A DNA stretch of 64,000 bases from an uncultured Burkholderiaceae bacterium. GTDB lineage: Bacteria; Pseudomonadota; Gammaproteobacteria; Burkholderiales; Burkholderiaceae_F. Position numbers and translations under genes: made by a program. The DNA is taken from positions 6,582 through 70,581 of the forward strand of contig CAZEIW010000026.1 of NCBI GenBank assembly GCA_964512305.1, given 5' to 3'. This document shows, piece by piece, positions 40,504 to 49,957 of this stretch; the first letter of the stretch is position 1; each line of letters opens with the position of its first letter. The notes under the pieces are model-generated. The model was not told where the DNA came from. It did no database searches and was given only the letters and a program-made list of their open reading frames with translations.

Positions 40504-40869
40504 TCAGGCCTCGAAATCGCCGGGCTGAAGCTCGATTGGCCGGCCGTGCGGCGTGCGTGCTGCCGCGCGGCTCCATGCCCGTTCATGCGCGGACAGCTCG
40601 GCCCCGGACGCGGCGCCCTTCGCCGCGACGAGGGTCTCGAGCGCGGACATCCAATGGCGGTAGTAGCTGCCCGCGGACTCCGCTTCGCCGGCGTCGCGGG
40701 CCTTCGCGATCTGTGCTGCGAGCGCCCGCGTCCATTCCGGCCATGTATAAAGGCCGCGCTCGTACAACGCGACCGCGGTGGCGAACGCCTGCGCCTCCCA
40801 GGGCTCGCTGAACACCGGGCCTTCGCCGTCCCGGGGCTGCCCAGGCAGCCCCGAAGGCAGGCCGCTCAC
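40504..40869 (-). CDS. Nitrile hydratase accessory (activator, P14K-like) protein
   Basis: GTG 40869 overlaps the nthB stop (GTGA). EGPVFSEPWEAQAFATAVALYERGLYTWPEW resembles the N-terminus of a beta subunit, as in NHase activators. Confidence 0.8.
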   Translation of the reverse strand: MSGLPSGLPGQPRDGEGPVFSEPWEAQAFATAVALYERGLYTWPEWTRALAAQIAKARDAGEAESAGSYYRHWMSALETLVAAKGAASGAELSAHERAWSRAAARTPHGRPIELQPGDFEA

Positions 40870-41528
40870 GGAACCCGCTCCAGGTACGGCTCCCACGCGT
40901 CGATCGCGACGCTCGAGCCGTGCGGCGCCTCACCCCCCCACAGCTCGCGCCCATCGAAGACGACCGAGTAGAGCCACTGCGGCTGCTCGCCCAGCCCCTG
41001 TGCGTTCGCGTCGGCGAAGACGTGCGCGCCGTGAACCCGTTCGATCCGGCCGATCTTTCCCCGCGCATAGCCCGGCAGCCGGGTATGGTGCGGCACCTCG
41101 AACGAGCGTGCCCGCACGCGTTCGCCAACCGAGAAGCGCGGCGGTGCCGTCGCCGCACGCTCGGTCGGCGCGCCCTTCTCCAGCACCGATGCGACCTGGG
41201 CGGCCCGAAGCACACGCGGCAGCGGCCGCGGCGGATGCAGCATGCGACCCGCCGCGACCTCGTCGTCCGCGACGAGGCCGCGCACGGCGAGGAGCCGGTG
41301 CATGCCCAGGATCCATTTTTCGTAATAGGTGAGCGAGGCGTATTCGGGCAGCGTTTCTCGCGCGCTGCGGCTCATATCGAGGTTCCAGGCGCCGGTCGCG
41401 CCCATCGCCACGGTCAGGGCCAGCGCGCTGCGCTCCCAATCGGCATGAAACGGGATGTCGTCCGGTGCGGGCACGACATGCCCGTGGCCGGACTGCCCGC
41501 CGAGGTCGGCATGAGAGCGGTAGCTCAC
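40866..41528 (-). CDS. nthB: Nitrile hydratase beta subunit
   Basis: HDLGG-like [30 protein letters not shown], the C-terminal barrel RFSVGERVR...[20 protein letters not shown], and [12 protein letters not shown]. Confidence 0.9.
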   Translation of the reverse strand: MSYRSHADLGGQSGHGHVVPAPDDIPFHADWERSALALTVAMGATGAWNLDMSRSARETLPEYASLTYYEKWILGMHRLLAVRGLVADDEVAAGRMLHPPRPLPRVLRAAQVASVLEKGAPTERAATAPPRFSVGERVRARSFEVPHHTRLPGYARGKIGRIERVHGAHVFADANAQGLGEQPQWLYSVVFDGRELWGGEAPHGSSVAIDAWEPYLERVP

Positions 41529-42148
41529 CGGGAACTCGCCGGCGTTCTCGGCAGCCCGGTGCCGATCATCGAATCGCGCGTGACGAGCGCCGCCAGTTCA
41601 TCCTCGCCCATGCCCTCCGTGCCGGACGGGCGCTGCGGGATCACGAGGTAGCGCACCTCGGCGGTCGAGTCCCAGACCCGGATCTGCATCGCGTCCGGAA
41701 GTGCCACGCCGAAATCCCTCAGGACCCCGCGCGGATCCTTCACTGCGCGGGCGCGGTACGCTGCGCTCTTGTACCAGGCCGGAGGCAGGCCCAGCACCGG
41801 CCACGGATAGCAGCTGCAAAGCGTGCACACGACCATGTTGTGGCGCGACTCCGTGTTCTCCACGGCGACCATGTGCTCGCCCTGGCGCCCCGTGTACCCG
41901 AGCGAGGCGATCGCGGCAGTCGCGTCGGCCAGCAGCCAGTCACGAAAGGACGGGTCGATCCACGCCCGGGCGACCACGCGGGCGCCGTTGCGCGGGCCGA
42001 TCTTCGTCTCGTAGGCGTCGATCACCGCGTCGAGCGCCGCCGGATCGATGTAGCCCTTTTGCACGAGCACCGTTTGCAGCGCGCGCACGCGCAGGTCCAT
42101 GTCGCCGAGCTCGCTGCGTTCGCCGCCGTGATCGTGGCCGTGCGCCAT
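41525..42148 (-). CDS. nthA: Nitrile hydratase alpha subunit, cobalt type
   Basis: ATG 42148. The metal-site motif [10 protein letters not shown] is encoded at nt 41810-41827; Thr in C-T-L-C-S-C marks Co-type enzymes, whereas Fe-type enzymes have C-S-L-C-S-C. Also [19 protein letters not shown]. Confidence 0.93.
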   Translation of the reverse strand: MAHGHDHGGERSELGDMDLRVRALQTVLVQKGYIDPAALDAVIDAYETKIGPRNGARVVARAWIDPSFRDWLLADATAAIASLGYTGRQGEHMVAVENTESRHNMVVCTLCSCYPWPVLGLPPAWYKSAAYRARAVKDPRGVLRDFGVALPDAMQIRVWDSTAEVRYLVIPQRPSGTEGMGEDELAALVTRDSMIGTGLPRTPASSR

Positions 42149-42204
42149 GGCCCGGATGTTAGGCTGCAGGCATTCTTTTCGGCAATTGCCAACTGCCGTT
42201 CCGG

Positions 42205-43668
42205 TCAATCCTCCAGGTGCAGATCCTGGATCTTGCGCGTGATCGTGTTGCGGCCCAGACCGAGGCGGCCCGCGGCCTCGATCCGGCGGCCGTGGGTGTG
42301 GCCGAGCGCGGTGCGGATCACGGTCGCCTCGAAGTCGCGCGTCAGCGAATCCATGATGGCTTCGTCGCCGCCGCTCAGCCTGCGCTGCACTTCTCGCGCC
42401 AGCGAGCCGCGCCAGTCTTCGGCGGGCTTTGCCTGGCCGGCGCCGGCCTCCGGAACAGGTCCGGACGCCGCGGCGGCCGCGCCTGGCGCGCCAGCCGCGC
42501 CGAGCTCCGGCATCGATTCCTGCCGCAGCTCGATCGGCAGGTCGTCGACCCGCACCCATTGCGCCGGAGCGAGGACGGTCAGCCAGTGGCACAGGTTCTC
42601 GAGCTGGCGCACGTTGCCGGGAAACGGCAGCGCGCAGATCAGCTGCAGCGCCTCGGGCGTCAGGCGCTTGGGCTCGACGCCGAGCTCGCGCGCGCTGCGG
42701 GCGAGGAAGTGGCGCGCCAGCATCGGGATGTCCTCGCGCCGCTCGCGCAGCGGGGGCAGCCGCAGCCGGATCACGTTGAGCCGGTGGAACAGGTCCTCGC
42801 GGAACAGGCCCTGGCGCACGCGCTCGTCGAGGTTCTGGTGCGTGGCCGCGATCACCCGCACGTCGGCCTTCAGCGGCTGGTGGCCGCCGACCCGGTAGAA
42901 GAAGCCGTCGGACAGCACCCTTAGAAGCCGCGTCTGCAACTCGGCGGGCATGTCGCCGATCTCGTCCAGGAACAGCGTGCCGCCCTCGGCCTGCTCGAAG
43001 CGCCCGCGCCGCATCGCCTGCGCGCCGGTGAAGGCGCCGCGCTCGTGGCCGAACAGCTCGGACTCGAGCAGGTCGCGCGGGATCGCCGCCATGTTCAGCG
43101 CGATGAATGGCCGCGCCGAGCGCGCGCTGTGGCGATGCAGCGCCCGTGCCACGACTTCCTTGCCGCTGCCCGACTCGCCCGTGATCAGCACGGTCACGCT
43201 GGACTGCGACAGGCGGCCGATGGCGCGGAAGACCTCGTGCATCGCCGGCGCCTGGCCGAGGATCTCGGGCACCTCGGCGGGAGCCTCGTCGGCGCCGTCC
43301 TCGCGCTGGCTTTCGTCGACGGCGCGCCGGATCAGCTCGACCGCCTTGTCGACGTCGAAAGGCTTGGGCAGGTATTCGAACGCGCCGCCCTGGAACGCCG
43401 ATACCGCGCTCTCGAGGTCCGAATAGGCGGTCATGATGATGACCGGCAGGCTGGGATGGCGCTGCTTGACGGTCTGCAGCAGCTCGATCCCGCCCAGACC
43501 CGGCATCCGGATGTCGGACACCAGCACCTGCGGCGCCTCGGTTTCGAGCGCGTTCAGGACTTCCTGCGCGGCGCCGAAGGCCTTGCAGGGAAGGTTGGCC
43601 CGCTCGAGCGCCTTCTCGAGCACCCAGCGGATCGAGCGGTCGTCGTCGACGATCCAGATCGGTTTCAT
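42205..43668 (-). CDS. glnG: Nitrogen regulation response regulator NtrC (sigma-54 activator)
   Basis: Receiver domain [14 protein letters not shown]...SDIRMPG. AAA+ domain [23 protein letters not shown]-terminal Fis-type HTH. Confidence 0.93.
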   Translation of the reverse strand: MKPIWIVDDDRSIRWVLEKALERANLPCKAFGAAQEVLNALETEAPQVLVSDIRMPGLGGIELLQTVKQRHPSLPVIIMTAYSDLESAVSAFQGGAFEYLPKPFDVDKAVELIRRAVDESQREDGADEAPAEVPEILGQAPAMHEVFRAIGRLSQSSVTVLITGESGSGKEVVARALHRHSARSARPFIALNMAAIPRDLLESELFGHERGAFTGAQAMRRGRFEQAEGGTLFLDEIGDMPAELQTRLLRVLSDGFFYRVGGHQPLKADVRVIAATHQNLDERVRQGLFREDLFHRLNVIRLRLPPLRERREDIPMLARHFLARSARELGVEPKRLTPEALQLICALPFPGNVRQLENLCHWLTVLAPAQWVRVDDLPIELRQESMPELGAAGAPGAAAAASGPVPEAGAGQAKPAEDWRGSLAREVQRRLSGGDEAIMDSLTRDFEATVIRTALGHTHGRRIEAAGRLGLGRNTITRKIQDLHLED

Positions 43669-43693
43669 TGTCTCATCTGACGGCAGCGTTTCC

Positions 43694-44785
43694 TCATTTC
43701 AGCGGCAGCAGAACCCTGAACTCCGTGCGGCCAGGCAGGCTCTCGAATTCGATCATGCCTCCGTTCTGGTGCACGTAGTCCTGGGCCAGCGAAAGCCCGA
43801 GGCCGCTGCCTCCCTGGCGCCCGCTCACCAGCGGATCGAAGATGCGTTCCCTCAGCTCCTCCGGGATCCCCGGACCGTTGTCTACGACACGCAAGTCCAA
43901 TGCCAGCCGGCAATGGCGTCGCGCAAATGTCACCTGGCGCGCCACCCGCGTGCGGATCTCGATCTTCGCGTCGCCGGCATGGATCCGCTCCGACACGGCC
44001 TGCGCGGCATTGCGGACGATGTTGAGCAGCGCCTGGATCAGCTGTTCGCGGTCGCCGCGGAAGTTCGGCACCGAGGCGTCGTAGTCCCGCGCAACCACCA
44101 GCCCGACCGGATACTCGGCCATGATCACCGCGCGCACCCGCTCGCACACCTCGTGCACGTTGACGTCGGCAACCACGCGCGGGCCCCGAAAGGGCGTCAG
44201 CACGCGGTCGACCAGCGCCTGCAGCCGGTCGGCCTCGGAGATGATCACGCGCGTGAACTCGCGCTGCTCGCCGGCGCGCAGCTCGGCCTCGAGAAGTTGC
44301 GCCGCGCCGCGGATGCCGCCGAGCGGGTTCTTTATTTCGTGCGCCAGGTTGCGCAGCAGGCGCCGGTTCGCCTCGCCCATGTCGAGCTGGCGCTCCTCGC
44401 GGCTGACCTTGAGCTGCTGTTCGACCTCGGCCAGTTCCAGGACCAGCGGGACGTCGGCCTCGTACGAAGCCGTCGCCGTCGCCTGCACCGGCAGGGGCTC
44501 GCGCAGCGGGCGGCGGACCGCAAGCAGCTGGCGGCGCTGCCCGAACGCGTTGGCGCGGGCCTCGGCGACCAGTTGATCGATCGCGGCCGCCTGGACGAAA
44601 AGCGCGCGCGCGGGCTGGCCCTCGAGCATGCGCCGCGACACTTCGAGGGTGGCCTCGGCGGCCTGGTTGGCGAAGCGCACCCGGCCCTGCGCATCGACCA
44701 GAAGCACGGCGGTCGAAAGCAGGTCGAGCTCGAAGTGGTCCGGGCCGTCCGCCGGCGTGCGCGCGGCGGGCCTTGTCGGGGTCAT
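43694..44785 (-). CDS. glnL: Nitrogen regulation sensor histidine kinase NtrB
   Basis: PAS-like N-terminus, H-box LAHEIKNPLGGIRGAAQLL, N-box NIVRNAAQA, G-boxes VDNGPGIP and GGSGLGLS. Confidence 0.9.
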   Translation of the reverse strand: MTPTRPAARTPADGPDHFELDLLSTAVLLVDAQGRVRFANQAAEATLEVSRRMLEGQPARALFVQAAAIDQLVAEARANAFGQRRQLLAVRRPLREPLPVQATATASYEADVPLVLELAEVEQQLKVSREERQLDMGEANRRLLRNLAHEIKNPLGGIRGAAQLLEAELRAGEQREFTRVIISEADRLQALVDRVLTPFRGPRVVADVNVHEVCERVRAVIMAEYPVGLVVARDYDASVPNFRGDREQLIQALLNIVRNAAQAVSERIHAGDAKIEIRTRVARQVTFARRHCRLALDLRVVDNGPGIPEELRERIFDPLVSGRQGGSGLGLSLAQDYVHQNGGMIEFESLPGRTEFRVLLPLK

Positions 44786-44849
44786 GGGAGGGGGGCGCCC
44801 GCGGCGGCGCCGCGGCGCGCCGGGCTGCCGCCCGCGGACAGACGCCGGC

Positions 44850-45344
44850 TTAGTAGCGCGGCGGCGCCAGTTCCCGGCGCAGCGACGCGATGTTGTTCTC
44901 GGAGCGCTGGATGTCCTCGAGCAGGTGCTGGACGTGCTCCTGGTAGCGCTGCGATCCTGGGGATTCGTCCGCCGAAGGGGCGGGCTGGCCGTTGTTGAAA
45001 TCCGTACGCAGGCGCGTCAGCCGCTCCTGCTCGGTGCGCAATTCCTCCTCGAGGATGCGCTTGCGATCGCCGTCTCGAAGGCGCTGGGTATCGCCGTCCA
45101 CGCGCGGGAAGCTCGCCGGCGAAACGCCGCGCAGCTCGCTCGGCGCATTGGGCGCCGCCCGCGTCGGCGCGGGGCCCGGGACGGTCGCCACGAGGCCGTC
45201 GACCCGCCGGCAACCCTTGCCGTTGCCGAGGTTCTGGTAGGTCTTGTGCCCCTCCTCGTCGACGCAGAGGTAGATGCTCTCGGACTGCGCGATCGCGCCG
45301 CCCGCTGCCAGGAGCCCGAAAACGAATAGCAATACGCGCCGCAT
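44850..45344 (-). CDS. DUF4124-domain exported protein (conserved between glnA and ntrB)
   Basis: ATG 45344. Signal peptide MRRVLLFVFGLLAAGGAIAQ. IYLCVDEEGHKTYQN is DUF4124-like. Coiled-coil C-terminus. Confidence 0.7.
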   Translation of the reverse strand: MRRVLLFVFGLLAAGGAIAQSESIYLCVDEEGHKTYQNLGNGKGCRRVDGLVATVPGPAPTRAAPNAPSELRGVSPASFPRVDGDTQRLRDGDRKRILEEELRTEQERLTRLRTDFNNGQPAPSADESPGSQRYQEHVQHLLEDIQRSENNIASLRRELAPPRY

Positions 45345-45468
45345 CGCCTTCCAACCAGGACCGTACCCTGAAGGCAGTGTACGCCGGCACGACCGGCCCC
45401 AACATCCCGAATGGCGGCTCATCCGATTGCAATTCATCGCATCCGGGGCCGGTGAATCCGGTGCTCAA

Positions 45469-45497
45469 GAAAAAACGGGGCGGCAAGCCGCCCCGTT
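45469..45497 (-). terminator. Rho-independent terminator of glnA
   Basis: Minus strand reads acggggcgg-cttg-ccgccccgt followed by TTTTTTC. It sits 22 nt after the glnA stop. Confidence 0.8.
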
Positions 45498-45518
45498 CCG
45501 CCGTACGGATGCGCTCGA

Positions 45519-46931
45519 TCACAGCCCGTAGTACATGTCGAATTCGATCGGGTGGGTCGTCATCCGGAAGCGCTGGACTTCTTCCATCTTCAGCGCGATG
45601 TACGCGTCGATCATGTCGTTGGTAAACACGCCGCCCCGGGTCAGGAACTCGCGGTCCTTGTCCAGAAGCTCGAGCGCCTGGTCGAGGCTGTGGCACACGT
45701 GCGGAACCTTCGCCGCCTCCTCGGGCTCGAGGTCGTACAGGTTCTTGTCGATCGGATCGCCGGGGTGGATCTTGTTCTGCACGCCGTCGAGTCCCGCCAT
45801 CAGCATCGCCGCGAACGCGAGGTACGGGTTGGTGGTCGGATCCGGGAAGCGCACCTCGACGCGACGCGCCTTCGGGCTCGACACGTACGGGATCCGGCAC
45901 GCCGCCGAACGGTTGCGGGCCGAATAGGCCAGGTTGATCGGCGCCTCGAAGCCCGGCACCAGCCGCTTGTACGAATTCGTCCCGGGGTTGGTGATCGCAT
46001 TGAGCGACCGCGCGTGCTTGATGATGCCGCCGATGTAGTACAGCGCGAACTCGGACAGCCCGGAGTACAGGTTGCCGGCGAACAGGTTCTGGCCGTCCTT
46101 CCAGACCGACTGGTGCACGTGCATGCCGGAGCCGTTGTCGCCGACCAGCGGCTTGGGCATGAAGGTCGCGGTCTTGCCGTACGAAGCGGCGACGTTCCAG
46201 ATCGTGTATTTCAGGATCTGCATCCAGTCGGCGCGCTTGACGAGGCTGCTGAACTTCGTGCCGATCTCGTTCTGGCCCGCGGCGGCGACCTCGTGGTGGT
46301 GCACTTCGACTTCGACACCCTGCTGCTCGAGCAGCAGGCAGATCTCGGAGCGGATGTCCTGCAGCGAATCGGTCGGCGGGACCGGGAAGTAGCCGCCCTT
46401 GACCGGCGGGCGATGCGCGAGGTTGCCGCCTTCGTACTCGATGCCGGTCGACCACGGCGCTTCCTCGGACTTGATCTTCACGAACGAGCCCGACATGTCC
46501 GCGCCCCAGGTCACCGAGTCGAAAATGAAGAACTCGGGCTCGGGTCCGAAGTACGCGGTGTCACCCAGTCCGCTCGACTTCAGGTACGCCTCCGCGCGCC
46601 GGGCGAGCGAGCGCGGGTCGCGCTCATAGCCCTTCATGGTCATCGGCTCGAGCACGTCGCAAGTCAGGATCAGCGTGTTTTCTTCGCGAAACGGGTCCAT
46701 CCGCGCCGAACCGGGGTCTGGCAGCAGCAGCATGTCGGAGGCTTCGATCCCCTTCCAACCTGCGATGGAAGATCCGTCGAATGCGTGCCCTTCGGTGAAC
46801 TTGTCCTCGCCGAAGGCTTTCACCGGTACGGAAACGTGCTGTTCCTTACCTTTGGTATCCGTAAAGCGCAGATCGACGAACTTGACTTCATTGTCCGTGA
46901 TCAGCTTCAACACGTCCTTGGCCGACGCCAT
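45519..46931 (-). CDS. glnA: Glutamine synthetase, type I
   Basis: 470 aa. [34 protein letters not shown], the adenylylation-site context NLYDLEPEE, and RFPDP. Confidence 0.96.
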   Translation of the reverse strand: MASAKDVLKLITDNEVKFVDLRFTDTKGKEQHVSVPVKAFGEDKFTEGHAFDGSSIAGWKGIEASDMLLLPDPGSARMDPFREENTLILTCDVLEPMTMKGYERDPRSLARRAEAYLKSSGLGDTAYFGPEPEFFIFDSVTWGADMSGSFVKIKSEEAPWSTGIEYEGGNLAHRPPVKGGYFPVPPTDSLQDIRSEICLLLEQQGVEVEVHHHEVAAAGQNEIGTKFSSLVKRADWMQILKYTIWNVAASYGKTATFMPKPLVGDNGSGMHVHQSVWKDGQNLFAGNLYSGLSEFALYYIGGIIKHARSLNAITNPGTNSYKRLVPGFEAPINLAYSARNRSAACRIPYVSSPKARRVEVRFPDPTTNPYLAFAAMLMAGLDGVQNKIHPGDPIDKNLYDLEPEEAAKVPHVCHSLDQALELLDKDREFLTRGGVFTNDMIDAYIALKMEEVQRFRMTTHPIEFDMYYGL

Positions 46932-47017
46932 CGATGGTTCTCCTCAGGTCACAGGTGGTTATGAATTCCGTCCGGCAGGTACGCTCGCAGGCCTCCCGCT
47001 CATCAAGAAGACGGAAA

Positions 47018-47033
47018 AGCACGAAGCATGCCG
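47018..47033 (-). promoter_or_regulatory. Candidate sigma-54 (-24/-12) promoter of glnA
   Basis: Minus strand reads cGGCATGcttcgTGCTt, compared with the consensus TGGCAC-N5-TTGCW, with correct GG-to-GC spacing. It lies about 90 nt upstream of the glnA ATG. Confidence 0.6.
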
Positions 47034-47133
47034 CGGTCGGATAGGTCTTGATCGTGCGGCGCACGATCGGCGTGCGCGCGGGGACTCAGCGTACCAGAAC
47101 ACCGAGGGCGTCCTCCTCGCGGGCCTCGATTAA

Positions 47134-47169
47134 TGCACAACGATGGTGCAAATGCACCACGATAGTGCG
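47134..47169. promoter_or_regulatory. Two tandem NtrC binding sites (glnA enhancer)
   Basis: TGCACAACGATGGTGCA (47134-47150) and TGCACCACGATAGTGCG (47153-47169), compared with the consensus TGCACCA-N3-TGGTGCA. They lie 100-140 nt upstream of the sigma-54 element. Confidence 0.7.
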
Positions 47170-47187
47170 GCCACGCTCTTGCATCTA

Positions 47188-48417
47188 TCACGGCTCGGTC
47201 AGGAACATGGCCTGGAGGTCGTTGAGGAAGCGGCGACCGAGCTCGCTTGGCCTGATCCGGACCGTGTCCTGCTCCAACAGGCCGCGCGCCTGCGCCGCAT
47301 CCAGCACGCGCGCAATGGAGGCGAGCGGCAGCCCGGTACGCTCGGCGAACAGCGACGGGGCGAATCCCCCTGTCAGCCGAAGCGCGTTGAGCATGAACTC
47401 GAACGGCAGCTCCGCAGTCGACACCGTGCGCTCTTCGGCGACGAAACGCCCGGCGCGCGCATGGGCGAGGTACGACGCCGGCTGCCGGAACCGCTGCTGG
47501 CGCAGGATGCGGCCGGAAACCGTCAGCTTGCCGTGCGCGCCGGCGCCGATCCCGAGGTAGTCGCCAAACATCCAGTAGTTCAGGTTATGGCGGCAGGCGT
47601 GCCCCGGCTGCGCGTACGCCGAGACTTCGTAGTGCTCGTAGCCGCCCTCCGCCGTGACCTTCTCGATCAGCTCCTGGATCGCGGCCGCGGTGTCCTCGTC
47701 GGGCAGTTGCCGCGGGGGATAGCGGGCGAACACCGTGTTCGGTTCCAGCGTCAGCTGGTACAGCGACAGGTGCGGCGGCCGCAGCTGCAGCGCCGTTTCG
47801 AGGTCCTGCCGCGCGGTCTCGAGCGTCTGGCCGGGCAGCGCATACATCAGGTCCAGATTGAAGTTCTCGAAATTGCCGCGTGCGATCTCCACCGCCTGCA
47901 GCGCCTGGCGCCGGTCGTGGATGCGTCCCAGCACCTGCAGCCGCCCGTCGTCGAACGACTGGATTCCGATCGACAGCCGGTTGACCCCGGCGCGGCGGTA
48001 CGCGGCGAAGCGTCCCGCCTCGAAAGTGCCCGGGTTGGCTTCGAGCGTGATTTCGCAGTCCGGTACCAGCGGCAACCGCGCGCGCAGATCCGACAGCAGC
48101 CGATCGACCGCCGCGGCCGACAGCAGGCTCGGGGTGCCGCCTCCGATGAACACGCTCACGACCTGCCGTCCCCACACCAGGGACAGCGCGGACTCCAGGT
48201 CGGTGCACAGCGCGGACAGGTACTCGTCCTCGGGCAGCGAGGGCTGCCCTGCCTCGAGCGCGTGCGAGTTGAAGTCGCAGTACGGGCACTTGCGCACGCA
48301 CCACGGGACATGGATGTACAGGGACAGCGGCGGCGGTTGGTGCGCAATGGGTGCGCGCGCAGCGGCGTCTGGGCCGTGGATGGGAATGATGCGGGAGGTG
48401 GCCGGGGAGCTCGGCAT
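47188..48417 (-). CDS. hemW: Radical SAM heme chaperone HemW (HemN-like, oxygen-independent coproporphyrinogen oxidase family)
   Basis: LYIHVPWCVRKCPYCDF is a CxxxCxxC motif. Also FIGGGTPS and RLSIGIQSF. The start is placed at ATG 48417 so that the CDS does not run into the REP element. Confidence 0.9.
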   Translation of the reverse strand: MPSSPATSRIIPIHGPDAAARAPIAHQPPPLSLYIHVPWCVRKCPYCDFNSHALEAGQPSLPEDEYLSALCTDLESALSLVWGRQVVSVFIGGGTPSLLSAAAVDRLLSDLRARLPLVPDCEITLEANPGTFEAGRFAAYRRAGVNRLSIGIQSFDDGRLQVLGRIHDRRQALQAVEIARGNFENFNLDLMYALPGQTLETARQDLETALQLRPPHLSLYQLTLEPNTVFARYPPRQLPDEDTAAAIQELIEKVTAEGGYEHYEVSAYAQPGHACRHNLNYWMFGDYLGIGAGAHGKLTVSGRILRQQRFRQPASYLAHARAGRFVAEERTVSTAELPFEFMLNALRLTGGFAPSLFAERTGLPLASIARVLDAAQARGLLEQDTVRIRPSELGRRFLNDLQAMFLTEP

Positions 48418-48425
48418 CGCAACCG

Positions 48426-48526
48426 CCCTCACCCCCAGCCCCTCTCCCGCAAGCGGGAGAGGGGAGATTCAAGCGGCCGCCGTGCCTCCCCTCTCCCGCT
48501 TGCGGGAGAGGGGCCGGGGGTGAGGG
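48426..48526. repeat. Inverted pair of REP-like palindromic units (BIME-like)
   Basis: The left unit is ccctcacccccagcccctctcccgcaagcgggagagggg (48426-48464). The right unit (48488-48526) is its reverse complement at 38 of 39 positions, after a 23-nt spacer. Each unit also folds on itself (cccctctcccgc / gcgggagagggg). Confidence 0.8.
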
Positions 48527-49132
48527 TCAGCGCCAGTTCCATCTCTCCCCCAGTGCCACAACCAGCGCCCGCATCGCGATGCCCCGATGGCTGATCCGGT
48601 TCTTGTGCTCGGGCTCCAGCTCGGCGGAGGTCTGTCCCAGCTCGGCCAGCCAGAAATGCGGGTCATACCCGAAGCCGTTGCTGCCGCGCGCCTGGGCGAC
48701 GATCTCTCCCCACCAGCGGCCCTCGGCGATCAGCGGCTCGGGGTCGTCGGCCGCGCGCAGCGCGACCAGCACGCAGACGTAGTGGGCGCTGCGGTCGGCA
48801 GCGTTGGCAAGGCGTCGCACCAGCAGCGCGTTGTTGACGGTATCGGTGGCATCGGCCCCGGCAAAGCGGGCCGAGCGCACGCCCGGCGCGCCGCCCAGCG
48901 CCGCGCAGCAGATGCCCGAGTCGTCCGCGAGCGCCGGCAGTCCGGTCGCCCGCGCCGCGTGCCGCGCCTTGGCGAGCGCGTTCTCGACGAAGGTCGGATG
49001 CGGCTCGGGCGCCGGGGCGACGCCGAAGCGGCCCTGCGGCTCGACCTCGGCGCCCATCGGCGCGAGCAGGGCGCGCAACTCGGCAAGCTTGCCGGCGTTG
49101 TCGGAGGCGATCACGAGGCGGCGCTTCTGCAT
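48527..49132 (-). CDS. rdgB: Non-canonical purine NTP pyrophosphatase (RdgB/HAM1 family)
   Basis: ATG 49132 (MQKRRLVIASDNAGKLAEL). Also FVENALAKAR, LADDSGI, GFGYDP and SHRG. Confidence 0.92.
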   Translation of the reverse strand: MQKRRLVIASDNAGKLAELRALLAPMGAEVEPQGRFGVAPAPEPHPTFVENALAKARHAARATGLPALADDSGICCAALGGAPGVRSARFAGADATDTVNNALLVRRLANAADRSAHYVCVLVALRAADDPEPLIAEGRWWGEIVAQARGSNGFGYDPHFWLAELGQTSAELEPEHKNRISHRGIAMRALVVALGERWNWR

Positions 49133-49225
49133 CGGGTCTCGCGGGCGGGGATCGGAGCGTCTGAACAGGGGAAACCGTCGAGGCAGGTTCGGGCCGGCGC
49201 GGCCGGTCGGCGCGCGCACAGGCGA

Positions 49226-49957
49226 TCAACCGGCGGCCGCAAGCGCCTCGCGCTGGGCCAGGATCAGGCGCTCGATTCCACGCCGCGCGAGCGCGAGCAT
49301 CGCTTCGAGCTCGGCCGCGGAAAACGGCGCGCCTTCGGCCGTGCCCTGGACCTCGACGATCCCACCGGTTCCGGTCATCACGACGTTCATGTCGGTCTCG
49401 CAGCCGCTGTCCTCGGCGTAGTCGAGGTCCAGCAGCACCTCGCCGCCGACAACCCCGACCGACACGGCGGCGACGAAGTCGCGCACCGGATCGGTCTTGA
49501 TCAGCTCGTGGTCGCGCAACCAGCGCAGCGCATCGGCCGCGGCGACGAAGGCGCCGGTGATGGCCGCGGTGCGGGTGCCGCCGTCGGCCTGGATCACGTC
49601 GCAGTCGACCAGGATCGTGCGCTCGCCCAGCGCGGCGAGGTCGACGACGCTGCGCAGCGAGCGGCCGATCAGGCGCTGGATCTCGTGCGTGCGTCCGTTC
49701 TGGCGGCCGCGGGTGGCCTCGCGCTCGGTGCGCGTGCCGGTGGAACGCGGCAGCATGCCGTATTCGGCGGTCAGCCAGCCGCGTCCCTGGCCCTTGAGGA
49801 ACGCCGGCACGCGCTCCTCGACCGACGCCGTGCACAGCACGCGGGTGTCGCCGAACTCGGCCAGCACCGATCCCTCGGCGTGGCGGGTGAAGCCCCGCGT
49901 CAGCCGGACGCTGCGCAACTGGTCGGCGCCGCGCCCTTCGCTGCGGCGAGCGGTCAT
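49226..49957 (-). CDS. rph: Ribonuclease PH
   Basis: ATG 49957. Contains [42 protein letters not shown] and [14 protein letters not shown]. Confidence 0.95.
   Translation of the reverse strand: MTARRSEGRGADQLRSVRLTRGFTRHAEGSVLAEFGDTRVLCTASVEERVPAFLKGQGRGWLTAEYGMLPRSTGTRTEREATRGRQNGRTHEIQRLIGRSLRSVVDLAALGERTILVDCDVIQADGGTRTAAITGAFVAAADALRWLRDHELIKTDPVRDFVAAVSVGVVGGEVLLDLDYAEDSGCETDMNVVMTGTGGIVEVQGTAEGAPFSAAELEAMLALARRGIERLILAQREALAAAG

Noticed and set aside
42149-42204. Possible sigma-54 promoter or terminator between ntrC and nthA (TTGGCAATTGCC)
   Set aside because: The GG-to-GC spacing is 7 nt instead of 12, so it is not a -24/-12 element. The palindrome GGCAATTGCC cannot form a stable hairpin with a loop, and no T-tract follows. 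I kept only a note that it might be an operator.
48156-48666. Small ORFs crossing the REP pair (for example 48469..48666, and the tail of 47143..48594, encoding PLSRKRERG / LPLAGEGPGVRV)
   Set aside because: These reading frames are generated by the palindromic repeat itself and overlap the hemW and rdgB flanks. They have no independent coding signal.
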